Assembly (NCBI GenBank): GCA_029953675.1
Contig: JAMWBK010000010.1
Span: forward strand, 310,001-374,000
Reading direction: 5' to 3'
Source: Rhodosorus marinus CCMP1338
Lineage: Eukaryota > Plantae > Rhodophyta
Length of the DNA stretch: 64,000 nt
Position numbers and translations under genes: made by a program. Within the stretch, counting starts at the first letter, position 1; each line of letters begins with the position of its first letter. The notes under the pieces were generated by a model. It saw nothing but the letters and a program-made list of their open reading frames with translations, did no database searches and was not told where the DNA came from. Below are positions 13,253-24,411 of this stretch, piece after piece.

Positions 13253-15073
13253 ATGGCGTCTGGGTCTGTCACGTTTGTACCGTCCAGTGGAGTTGTCTCA
13301 AGAGATTTTCCGAAGAGGTTAGGTATCGTCAGGCAGCGTGGAAGTGACAGACATGTCCGAAAGGGGGTGAGATACGGGAGGAGTTGCGTCGCAAAGATGC
13401 TGGGCGATGAGGAGCCAGGGGCACCTCCGCCATTAGTAATCTCAGGCGTTTCTGTTCTGGCTACTACAGTGGGAATCATGCTATTGCAATTTCCTCTCCC
13501 TGACTCGTTTACGGAAACAGCACGAATAGCAATCGCCTCTTTGGCGATTTTGTCCTCAGCAGCAATCATTATCGGCTCAAGACCAACAAAACCAGCAGAC
13601 CCGGGTGAAAAAGGAGCAGATGAGGCCAAGGTACCGACTACTCAGCTGGGAAACACGTCGATAGAGGTCGAGAAGGCTGACGGAGCCATCACCGCCGAAG
13701 AATCGAACGGAACGGCACCCATCACGCCTCTGGACTCCGATCCTACCAAGAATCCTGTCGGAACGGATCGCTCCCCAGGAGCTGTTAAAGCTTCGCAAGC
13801 ACAAGTACATGATGGAGAAACGAAAGAAGAGTTGCGTAACCCGGTTAAGATTAAAGTATTTGGGATAGGTGGCGGCGGAAGCAACGCCGTTGACCGAATG
13901 ATGTCCAACGGTCTGAGAGATATAGAATTCTATGCATTGAACACTGATATCCAAGCCCTGGCTAAAAGTAAGGCTGAGAAAATCGTCCTGGGAACGGAGT
14001 TGACGAAGGGCCTTGGCGCCGGAGGTAAGGCAGTAGCAACTGTCCCACTTGTCATTCGCTAGGACGAAGTTAGTAACGCCCAAATATTTCCTCGCAGGTA
14101 TTCCATCTATTGGACAACGCTCTGCAGAGGAAACCACGGAGGATATCGTGAAAGCCGTATCAGGAGCAGATATGATTTTCATCACAGCTGGTATGGGAGG
14201 CGGCACTGGAAGTGGAGCAGCCCCTGTAGTAGCGCGGATTGCGAGGGAAATGGTATGAAGTATCCAAGTTAAGGCCGCATTGGACACGCCACGACTTTTC
14301 TCTGAGATCCCGGACCAACTTTTTCGTTTCGCAGGGAATCCTGACAGTTGGTGTTGTGACTAAACCCTTCGGTTTTGAAGGCCATCGGCGACATGTACAA
14401 GCAAACTCAGCAACTGAACAGTTGCGAGCGGCAGTGGATACATTAATCATCATCTCTAACGACAAATTGCTGGCCTACGTACCAGAGTCGATGCCATTGC
14501 AGAGCGCCTTTTCTATTGCAGATGATGTACTTCGGCAGGGGATTATTGGCCTCTCTGAAATACTTATTAGGCCTGGACTGGTATGTCAAACACGTCAAGG
14601 AAGACTGCGAACAAGAACGCAGTGCTGAATTACGCTCTCCGGATCTGTTTTCTCTACAGGTGAATGTGGATTTTGCGGATGTTAGGACTACCATGCTTGA
14701 CGCTGGAACAGCGCTTATGGGAATTGGTAGGGCAAGTGGTGAGGATCGAGCAGTTGATGCGGCGACAATCGCCATCACATCGCCACTGCTTGACTATCAG
14801 ATTACCAATGCTGAGGGGGTGATATTTAATATAACTGGCGATAAGAGCATGACATTGCTCGAGGTGAACCATGCTGCGGAGGTTATTTACGAGGCCGTTG
14901 GCGACGACGCGGAAATTATCTTCGGTGCAATCATTGACGAAAATGCTGGAGACGAAGTTAGTTTGACAGTGGTTGCGACTGGAATAGCAAAGAAATTGGA
15001 GGAAGGGGCCGAATCACCGTCAGAAATGCAGTCGGAGATCTCGAAAACTTCTAATTTTGGAGCAACCGGTTGA
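13253..15073 (+). CDS. ftsZ: Plastid division protein FtsZ with transit peptide and predicted N-terminal TM hairpin
   Basis: [64 protein letters not shown]. Introns 14025-14097, 14253-14334 and 14581-14659 restore frame. [12 protein letters not shown] transit-peptide-like start. Confidence 0.95.
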
Positions 15074-15869
15074 ATACCCGAGTCAAGGAACAAAGACTTG
15101 ATACGGGACAAAAAAACTCTTTTGTTAGAAAGGAACATCAAAACTTAAGTCAATGATAAACGTGAAATTTGGGAAAGTCGATTTTGGAACACAGATATGA
15201 TGTGGAGAGGAGTTATGATGCAGGCCTTCAACCGATTTGGCTTCACTGATCTCCCTCAGGCCCCAATCAGAATCGGGACATGCGCAAGTGCTTTTGGCAT
15301 CAGGTGGCCTTTTTTAGGTCTGAAGTAGATAGACCAATACGTCAGCACACTCCACCTCGCATCGCATAATTGGCATTACTAGTAGGACCGTCCCAAAGCG
15401 AAATAGTACCGATCTGTGTTGCAATTCGCCGATCTGTGTTCAGAATAACTACTGCAGCAAACGAGCCGGAATCGCGGTATTTAGTTATTCTTCGTGCTGA
15501 TTTCATTAACATCGATCTTCTGATACCAAAACAGCGAGCGATTACTCCCTACCGCTAAACCCCAGATCCTAAGCCCAATCCGACTTTTTTCACCCTTGCC
15601 GATGCCTAGCTCAGCTGCCTCACGACTTCTAATATGCATAAGCAATGATGCTGAGCCTCAATACTACGAACTTTTGGCCCTGGGTATTTACACCAGTTGT
15701 GAACAGGTCCCCGGTTTCAATCCCAGGTCCAATGCGCACCATGATGAGATTTATTCGACTGTGTTCTTCTTTGAGTCTGGCTCTGTGGTTTGCGGGAAAA
15801 CTAGCACCCCGGGCGGGTTTCATCTGCAAACAACAACTGCTAAAACTAATGGCGCTCCCATAACCGCGA

Positions 15870-16540
15870 AGTTCAACCCAAGAGTTGCCTCTCCACAGCG
15901 TGCAGTTAATGACCGCGAGAGCTTTGTTCAGGGCGGTGGGGTCAACAACAACTTTATTCAGGGCCTATATACCCCGAGGAACGGAAGATGACGGAATCGT
16001 CCGAGCCCTGGGCTCGGAAACCTAGATGCCTGGTGAGGCGGCGAAGTCTGCTTTGTACGTGCTCAAGTCGTCTGCATGTTTCGAACGCCATCGGGACAAA
16101 AGGTCCTCTGGGTCTGGAACGGGCTCGTGACTACGACATCGAAGAACCGCGTCCTGTGCTCCGCCTGAATATCTGGACGGTGGGCAGTTCCTCCTTCATG
16201 GATCGTGGTTCAAAACGTCCTCACAACCGCAGTCTCTCAGCAGCCTCGCGACGGTTTTCACGAGCTCGTGATGTCGGTGGATGTGCATTCGTGTGCAACG
16301 GGAGCAGCGGTGGACACAACTTGTCCCGTAGATATCGTGCAATATATCCAGCAACCTGAAAACAAGGCAAAAACCGCCACGCAGTTCAGCTTGTCACCAT
16401 CTTCATGAGCAAGATTGTCTAAACTTTCAAGTGTCCGACAAACCAAGCTTCGGTAGAAGTTTTGAGGGTTTAAGGGAAGTCCTACCCCAATCTCATACTC
16501 CTTGAGACCAAAGCATCGATCTCTTACACACTGCAACTAG
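15870..16540 (-). mobile_element. Degenerate relic of an RLE non-LTR retrotransposon (C-terminal endonuclease region), related to the family at 51409-58596
   Basis: Manual minus-strand translation across frameshifts and stops gives RHHELVKTVARLLRDCG (~16230-16276), HRPDI (~16168-16182), FFDVVVTSP (~16120-16146), FVPMAFET (~16077-16100) and INCTLWRGNS (~15881-15910). These are collinear with RHDEICRELARWLR, RPDI, LDVTVVSP, FIPIAIET and INRQLWRGNA of the young element. Confidence 0.8.
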
Positions 16541-17495
16541 GATCCCACTGTTACTCGCTACATGCAATTGTAGCGAGTACCAATGGGATGGTCTCGGGGT
16601 CTTTCAGGATCCAGTCAATAGCTCAGGGAGAGTTTGGTGCGCGTACACGTTCGCCAAACCAAACTGTACTCCACGGGACCTTCGTGCCTCTGCTCCAGCC
16701 TCTTCCTCCTCATTTTGTTTTGGCCTACAGACATAGAAGCTTTTTCCGTCCCAAGTTTCTTGCAACTCGGTTCCCACTACCCCTCCAATCTCGCGCAGCT
16801 ACCAGAGCTCTTGAATTATACTTGAAACGAATAACATAAAGCGTAATTTTACATTATTTCTGGAAAACCGAAGAGAATGTTTGGATAAAGTTTAATAAAT
16901 ACATGTCATTTATTATTAATCATCATAAATATTATGAAACAAACAAAATGTTTTCTGTTTTACTTATTCAATATGCATCGTCGACGAACCCCTTGTACAG
17001 AGCAACGCTTTCGAGCTCCCAATAAATGTTCAAAAATCGAATACAGGTTTACGTTTTAGTACGAGATAGTACTCGTACTACCCTAGCAAGCTAAGGATTT
17101 CTAACTATATGTTTACTAATTAAAATATAACGATATTGATCTCATCCTTTTTTCGTATTTTTTATAATTCCTGCTATGATCAATTTTTGTTGTTTTTGTT
17201 TTTGTTTTTCGCCTGTAATAATGGCCAACCTATGTGGCCTTAGAAAAAGTTTTCGTTATAGGAAGTTTGCTTGTTGTCGCCACTCTCCTACTAGTTTTTT
17301 TTTCCGAATTATTTAGATGATGTCTTTTCGCGTGTAGGAGGGCTTTTGATAAAAGAGGGATTGGATTGGACTGGGAAGGGTTGGGTAGGGATGGGCGGTT
17401 GGTTTGAGGTAGGGGGATGGTTAGGGGAAGGATATGAACATTGATGAGGTATTGGAACATGAAATGAATTAAGATATTAGTATTGAATAGTAGGT

Positions 17496-20400
17496 ATGTT
17501 TAAGTGGAGAGATCCTCGGCCCAATGAGGGTTCGCCGAAGGAGATTGCGGAGGGAGCGGATCCGGTGGAACTGCTGGCAATGCTTCACTTTTCGGCGAGT
17601 GCTGGGAGAACGGATGCGGCGAGGGAGGCTCTTAATGTGGGCGCAGATCTGAACGGACTGCTGCAAGTTGAGGTTGGGGGAGTTTTTATGCTTGAGACGG
17701 CTCTACACGCAGCGGCTAAATGTGGTCACGTGGACATTGTCAGACTGCTCTTGTCAGAAGGAGCAGATGCGTCAATCAGGGATTCTGGAGGACTGACGCC
17801 AGTTGAATCTGCTGCTGGACTGTCTGTGACAATGGCGTTTGTGACTGAAATGTGCCAGCGCGCGGCGAAGGGAGACGCTAACGGGGTCGCGCAGATCCTA
17901 AGCGCTGGGCTGGATCCTAACATACCCGACGCAGCTAGTAACACAGGATTGCACTGGGCTTGTGCGTATGGGATGTTCACATCTGCGGACTGCCTCATCA
18001 AGTTCGGGGCGGACGTAAACTCTATTAACTCGAGGGGTGATAGTCCGCTGAACGAAGCAGAAGCACGAAATGCACCGGAGGTTGTCAGATTGTTAATCTC
18101 TGTGGGTGCCTTGAGAGGAGCTGATGTACAAAGAAATAATCCTGGGGACAACCGACCCTCCGTGAATGGAAGGCAGGCCGCTGCCAATGCGCAGGTTCCC
18201 CTCGGGAACCCAGAACTGGCTAGACGTGTTGTAACCCAGGGCGGCGTTCCCGATGTGCAATCACTCGCCGGAGAGCCGGCTACAATCGTTCCACAAGAGC
18301 GAATGGCCAAGCCAGGCATGGATATGAACCCCAGAGGCCATTCACACAACGACCAATCGCAAAAATCTGGAAGACCGCAGAGTGTCCCCCCTCCTTCGAA
18401 TGCTCCCCCATTAGCGACAAACGGCGTCCATGGCCTTAGCAACGCTCAAGTAGCAGCGGAAAACGTGGGAACGCCGAGGGAAGGGCTCATGCCCGGTAGC
18501 TCTCTACTGCAAGGGTTTGCACCGGACGGTCGTCGAAAATTCCAAAGAGAAAACGAACTAATGATGGACACTGGTGGTTATGCTGCCAGGGATGGACATC
18601 TTCAAAGGCCCATGACCGTCCCATCTGCACCCCAGAACTGGACAGGGGAAGGGAATATGCGAGCTTCGAACACCCCCACATTGAGACCGGGAACAGCTGG
18701 CAATTCTGTTATCCCGCTCGAGAACAAAGTAAGGGGGGGCAATGCCTTGGCAGCGAACCACTTTCCCGGAGTCGCACAGCAAGCAAGACAAGGTAGCAGC
18801 ATTCGTGGAGCGGGAGGATCTGGCAGCTCCGTTCCAAGCGCAAACGAGAGGCAGATGTCATATATAGCAGCAAGGACTAGAGAGTTATCTGTAGTTGATC
18901 CCACATTTTGGGACGGCGCACAACAGAAACCAATAGCTCCTCCACCGGATCAAAATGTCTCGACGGGATATAATCCAGACTTAGGCGGCATGCAGTCTCA
19001 AGAGGGACCTGTTGGTTCTCAGTTCCGTTCACCACCCGATATGGTAAGCGCACAAGTGCTCATGGCAGTTCTGAGCGAATCGACAAAGCTTTTATTAACA
19101 TCCTACGTCTATTTTTTGTTACCCTGCTATTTTATTCTATCTTCAGCAGAGTCCGTCAATTCCCTTGCCATTGAAGTTGGACATTGACTCATCAGTTCCA
19201 ACCGCTGGCTCTGGCACACCGAACACCGTGCCCCAAAACGAGACCCCTCTTCTGGCACCGAATAGTGGACAAGCCCAAGTAATTACTCAGCATGTGGGAA
19301 CGCCAATGCCTAAGGATCCGCAGCTGAGAACAGCACCGTCACCCGGTCCCCCGGCAAGTAAGTGCCGTCCGATAAGTCCTAGACGAACCGCTCTATCCAG
19401 GATGTCGAGAGTCTAAACTCTTTCGTCTACAATCTCCACGTGTCCTAGTGATGTTTCGTCAGATGCAACCTGTACCTCAAAATGAAGGCGGATACCTTCG
19501 TCAAGCCCCAGGCTTTGCCCAAGCTGGAGGAGAATTTCACCCGCATTCGCAGGGAGTCCCTTCTGGCCTAATGCCACACGCTCAAATGCAACCAGCACAA
19601 TCGAGGACAGGAGAAAGCGGTCTGGACGGCTTTGACCCGGTAAAGTCGAACGTCGGAGAAGCGCAGCCGGATAATGGTAAGGAAAGTCGGCCTCACAGCC
19701 TATTCGTCGTTGCCAGGACAAAAGAAGCAGAAAAGTTCTTATCGAAAATACTTGCGTGCTATGCTGCAGGGGTCGCTTCTACTACACCGAGTTGGGCGAC
19801 TATGCTCTGGCCGCCGCCCCAAAGGTTCTATATGATGTCCACGGCGAATGAATTTTTCCTGCCACCAGAGCTTACGATATCTGCGAAAAAGTCATTCTTC
19901 TCCATTGCCTCGAAGCTCGCCAGCTGGTTGCAGAGCTGCGACCTGGACCCCAACGTCACAGTCATTGCTCCGCAGCATGGTCGAGGGCTTATCCATCTTT
20001 CGATGAGCAAGGAACTGTTTGGGGGAAGGAGCGAAGCATACAAGCTCACAGTGCACCCCAACGAGGTTAGCATTGTTGGCTCCGACCCTGCCGGTACGTT
20101 TGGAGGCGACCCTAATTTTCGAGTAGCAAGACTGCTTTCAATGCCATTCTGACCCAGTTTTTCTTCCCGCGGTTCAGGTTTGTTTTATGGGTGTTGCACA
20201 TTCGATCAGATCGTCCGGCTGCTTTGTTCTGGAGGTGGTCGAACGTCTCTCCCGTGCTGTTCTGTTACAGATTGGCCTTCCCTTGCACAGCGGAGCGTTA
20301 TGCTTGATATTTCCAGAGGAAAGGTGATGTCAGCTTCGACGCTTCGACAACTCATCCAACGACTGGCAAGGTTGAAATACAATCAGGTACAGCTATACAT

Positions 20401-22056
20401 GGAACACACATTTGGATACCTTGGTCACGAGGAGGTTTGGAGAGACTCTGGAGCAATGAGCCCCGAAGATGTGATGAGTTTGGACGAGTATTGTATAGAT
20501 CTTTTCGTGGAGCTGGTCCCGTTTCAGAGCTCGTTGTCGGGATTCAACAAGTGGGTCAAGAATCCGAAGTATACCCACCTCGCAGAGTGTCCCGATGAGG
20601 TGGACGTCCCAGGACTTGACACTAGCGATCCTCGCGGAAGAATGAGCTTGTGTGCGGTTGACCCTAAGAGCATCGATTTTATTACAGACTTGTACGAGCA
20701 GCTCCTTCCTTGCTTCTCTTCTTCTCAACTTCACGTGGGACTAGATCGCGCACTTGATCTAGGCCGTGGAAGGTCCGCCAAGGAAGTCAGTTCGAAAGGC
20801 GTGGAGACCGTAATTGTCGAGTATTTGAGAAAAATTTGCCACGAAGCGAACAGTCATGGAAAAACTACTGTACATTTCTGGGCTGATGCATTTGGAAGCA
20901 TGCTCGACTACGGGGGTGATCTGAGCGATTTTTCGATGCTCCTACCGGAGGGGGTTATAGCCGTCGAGAGAGGCACCGAACACGACCACCCGTACGATTC
21001 GCGATGCTATCGTCTGTCTTCTATTGGTGTTCCCTTCATGGTGTGTGCTTCCACGTCATCCCAAAATTCGTTTGCCGGAAGGGTATCAAACTGTTTGGAG
21101 AACATTAGGAGCGCAGCGATAGCTGCTGTCAGCAACGCGGCTGTGGGCATGATTATATCGGATTCCGGGGAAAACGGCCACTTGCAGCCGCTTGTCGCGG
21201 CCTATCCTGGGTTTATTGCAGGTGCTGGTGCGGCTTGGAACTGCAACCAGGCGTTGCACAAAACGGATCGCGATATGAGGAAGCTCGCAGCATTGTTGGA
21301 TTCTCATATTTTTATGGATTCAGAGGATACAGCAGCGGTCGGGAGCGTTCTCGTAACTGTTGGGGACCTGCATCTGGTTGCGGAGGACCGCGAACGAGAC
21401 TCGGTCAACTCGACCGCTGCTAGCGTCGTTGGTTATTCCCGACTGTTTCGACTCCTAATTCACGACGGGGATTCTGCATCTTTAGCAGGCCTGTCACCGC
21501 CCGGCATCCAAAGGGCTCTGAATCGCGTTGAGAAGTACGTCAAGCGCAATGTAGTTGTGAAAGCAACAATGGTCTTGGGCCCTCAACTGGTTCTCCACTT
21601 TTCTTGGCTACTGACTAGGGCGCTAGAATTGCTGAACGCCTACCAGGGAATGGCGGGTAGAATTGACGTGGAAGAGGTGCGATTGATGGTGGAAATGCTA
21701 CGGCTTTGTCTGCGGATTGGTACTTGCGTAATCATCAGCAATCGACAAGGGACAGAGGAGTTCGCTCTAAGATGGGTAGGGCAGCACTGGAAGAAATCCT
21801 GGAACGATCGAACCTCTCTAATGTGATCTGTTCTCCTCATCGTGCGAAGCTTGGAGATGGACAAAGATCGGACCTGTGTCTAGGGCTATTGCACTGTATA
21901 GATATGCAGAAGTACATATGGGGTAAGAGAAACCGGCTTGCAGGTTTTGAGGGATCGTGGGCTTGGTTGGAGCCAGCGTTGCTATCTCTTTCGGCAGGAT
22001 TACCGCATCTGGAGCAAACAGTCCAAGAGCGTCGAGAGATTGAGTGGAAATTTTAG
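17496..22056 (+). CDS. Ankyrin repeats + long disordered linker + GH20-fold (hexosaminidase-like) domain with degenerate active site; about 1370 aa spliced
   Basis: ANK motifs (TALHAAAKCGHVDIVRLLLSEGAD, TGLHWACAYG, SPLNEA). GH20 domain-2 motif EAYKLTV..EVSIVGSDPAG-LFYG; catalytic-barrel motifs DWP..RSVMLDISRGKV, NQVQLYMEHTF. Proposed introns 19044-19146/19149, 19358-19448, 20094-20177, 21535-21618 and 21776-21849 give a 4122/4125-nt open frame. Confidence 0.85.
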
Positions 22057-22655
22057 GTTTCCTACGAAAACAGGAAAGTTTTGAATGAGACGAGGAACCA
22101 GGCTTTGGACAGGAATGGAAGTGCCCACTAAGTAATAAATATCCGGAGGCTCACAGACAACAGAAGAAGAAGCCCTATGCTACCAGCAACTATCGTGCGA
22201 AAAGCATATCCCCACCCGCACACTCCCGCTTCCGTGACTCTATTGACCGCCACAAGCTAGGCTAGACACTTCACCAAGATCATGAATTTCGCCGCTATGG
22301 TTCGCCGATTTCCAACCTCTGGGCAGACTGGTGCTATCGATTCGGCTACTTCCAATAAGCACAATCAACTCAGAACCTTGGCGCAGTCGTTTTTCATCAA
22401 TTACGATTGAATTCAATCATTTTGTAGACCGTCGTTGCGGTATGTAGAATTCCGACCCCCTAGTTCGGTATTTGGGAATGCTGTGTGGTAAGGTGAAGGA
22501 GTTGGTTTTGGGATGCATAAGCTGTGAATGTTAGCTTCTGTTGAACGCTGATTTCTGTGGCCTTGAAATCGTTTACAGCCGTGGCTATAGTATGCTTGTG
22601 CATGTCAAGGTCTGTGTTCTTTTGTGTTTGGTTTTGCGTTCTGAGAGGTGAGAAG

Positions 22656-23073
22656 ATGGGTGGGGTGAAGAAGAACCGGGCGAAGCGGCAAAAAATTAAG
22701 GCGTCCAGGATGATTGATGCCATAAAGGCTGACCTGGATGATCCAAAGCGTGCAAAGGAGCTCAGAGATAACCAACCTGTTGACGTGGACCTACCTGGTT
22801 TGGGTCAATTTTACTGCTTGGAGTGTGATAAGTGAGTTTTGCGGTGATGGGGTTGGCAGAGACGGCCCACGGTCTTGTTCCTAACGTTCCCTTGTTTTCT
22901 TTTGCGGTCCTAGGCATTTCATATCTGGTCCAGCGTTGGAGAAACACAAGAGTGGAAAGCCGCATAAGAACCGGCTCCGTAGGTTTCGTGATGAGCCATA
23001 TACAATTGAGGAGAGCGTGATGGCATCTGGCCAAGGTTCAGCGGACCGTGGGATTGGGAAGCGAGCGTCGTGA
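22656..23073 (+). CDS. ZNF593: Zinc finger protein 593 / Bud20 (60S export factor)
   Basis: DVDLPGLGQFYCLECDK|HFISGPALEKHKSGKPHKNRLRRFRDEPYT. Intron 22832-22913 has a CTAAC branch point. Confidence 0.95.
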
Positions 23074-23403
23074 GCGAGAGCCAAATTCGTGAGGTCGGAC
23101 ATGACATGTCTGGACGTATATAAGTTTCCACGTTTTTGTTCATAATCCTAACTTTATTATACTCTTGAAGGAAAAAAAAAAACACAACAAACTTCCACAG
23201 CGTAGCCGATTATATGCAGATTAGTGCGTTGGAAAATTAGCTGGAGTAGAGGCAATCGGAGAAAAAGAAACGTAAAAAAGCCATTTCTCAGCATCCTCAA
23301 AAGGTCAAGCTGACCAATTCCACAAAACTGGGTCCACGCTCGTTTACAATAGCAATTTGCATAGGTGCAACAGCCCTGGGCAGTAAACTTCTTCAGCAGG
23401 TGC

Positions 23404-24411
23404 TTAGTACAAGTTTCCCTTGATTCTCTGCTCCTCCTTGCGTAACTTGATCTTCTCCTCGGCGTTAGTCAAAAACTTGACAACGGATTCGTACGCAAGG
23501 AACATAAACGCTGCGTTTGGTACTGTCCGAAGCATATGGGCTTCGATACCGGAGTACAACCCTCTCACGCCCTCCTCCATGAAGATAACCCTCAAGCTCT
23601 GTGCCATGCCTATGTATTTGGGTTGCATGCCCTCCGGTACCTTCTCGCGCAAGCGCGTTCGAACAACCTCATGTGGATAGGTCATTAGCGATGCGGTCAT
23701 TTTCGCGCCAGCAGCAGCAGAGAAAACTTGCATGCCCTTGAGTTCGGCCTCTGGATCTATGGCTCGTGCTCGCTCCAACATCTCTGTCTTGACACGCTCA
23801 TATATCAGAAACTGGATGATTGTCTCAGAAACACCCCATATAGATGCGCTTAACCCTTTGTAGAAACCGCCGACTCCCTCATTGTTCCAAATGACTGAGA
23901 TTACTTCACTATAAGAGCGGTATGGATTCGGAGTACCAGCTGCCAACTGGTACCTTGTCTTAATCATCCAGACAGGATTGGTTGCAACCGCAGACCCAAT
24001 CCCTGCGCTCGCTGCGGAAATAATATGAGTCCCGGGAGAATTTCCAAGAACGGGCTCCATTTTGCTCTTCACCGTCGAGTAAGCCCAGAAATATGTTGCT
24101 CGGGTTGGAAAAATTCCAAGGACAGTCGGCAAAAGACCGCGGAAAAATCCAACGGGTCCCTCCTGCACCGCGATCTGCTTTGCGACAATCAAAACTTTGT
24201 AGGAATCCCATACACTCCGCTTGGTAGCATTCTTTCCAGCTTCTGTGCTCGCAACGACAACATTATGCGTCATCGAGCTCTGCAGCTTCGTCTTCAGCAC
24301 CTCCAGCGGACATGTTATTGTTGCAGCAAACGAACCTGCCAGTCCTCCCGCGATGAACGAATACGCTTGCTTGGGCTTTGGTTTTTCCTTCCGGTTGGTA
24401 GCTGTCGCCAT
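23404..24411 (-). CDS. SLC25 mitochondrial carrier, pyrimidine nucleotide carrier type (Rim2/SLC25A33/36-like)
   Basis: Three carrier repeats: ITCPLEVLKTKLQSS, TNPVWMIKTRYQL, TYPHEVVRTRLRE; LRTVPNAAFMF. Single 335-aa ORF. Confidence 0.9.
   Translation of the reverse strand: MATATNRKEKPKPKQAYSFIAGGLAGSFAATITCPLEVLKTKLQSSMTHNVVVASTEAGKNATKRSVWDSYKVLIVAKQIAVQEGPVGFFRGLLPTVLGIFPTRATYFWAYSTVKSKMEPVLGNSPGTHIISAASAGIGSAVATNPVWMIKTRYQLAAGTPNPYRSYSEVISVIWNNEGVGGFYKGLSASIWGVSETIIQFLIYERVKTEMLERARAIDPEAELKGMQVFSAAAGAKMTASLMTYPHEVVRTRLREKVPEGMQPKYIGMAQSLRVIFMEEGVRGLYSGIEAHMLRTVPNAAFMFLAYESVVKFLTNAEEKIKLRKEEQRIKGNLY

Noticed and set aside
15674-15732. Functional tRNA gene
   Set aside because: No complete cloverleaf: D arm and acceptor stem cannot be built, and the T loop has an extra base. 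Kept only as a low-interest hairpin.
17057-17086. Helitron 3' end (9-bp hairpin followed by CTAG)
   Set aside because: CTAG lies only 2 nt after the stem rather than the usual ~10 nt, and no matching 5' TC end or RepHel sequence was found.
13577-18442. Long antisense ORFs over ftsZ and the ankyrin gene (13577-14287, 17726-18442)
   Set aside because: They mirror well-supported sense genes and have no recognisable motifs.
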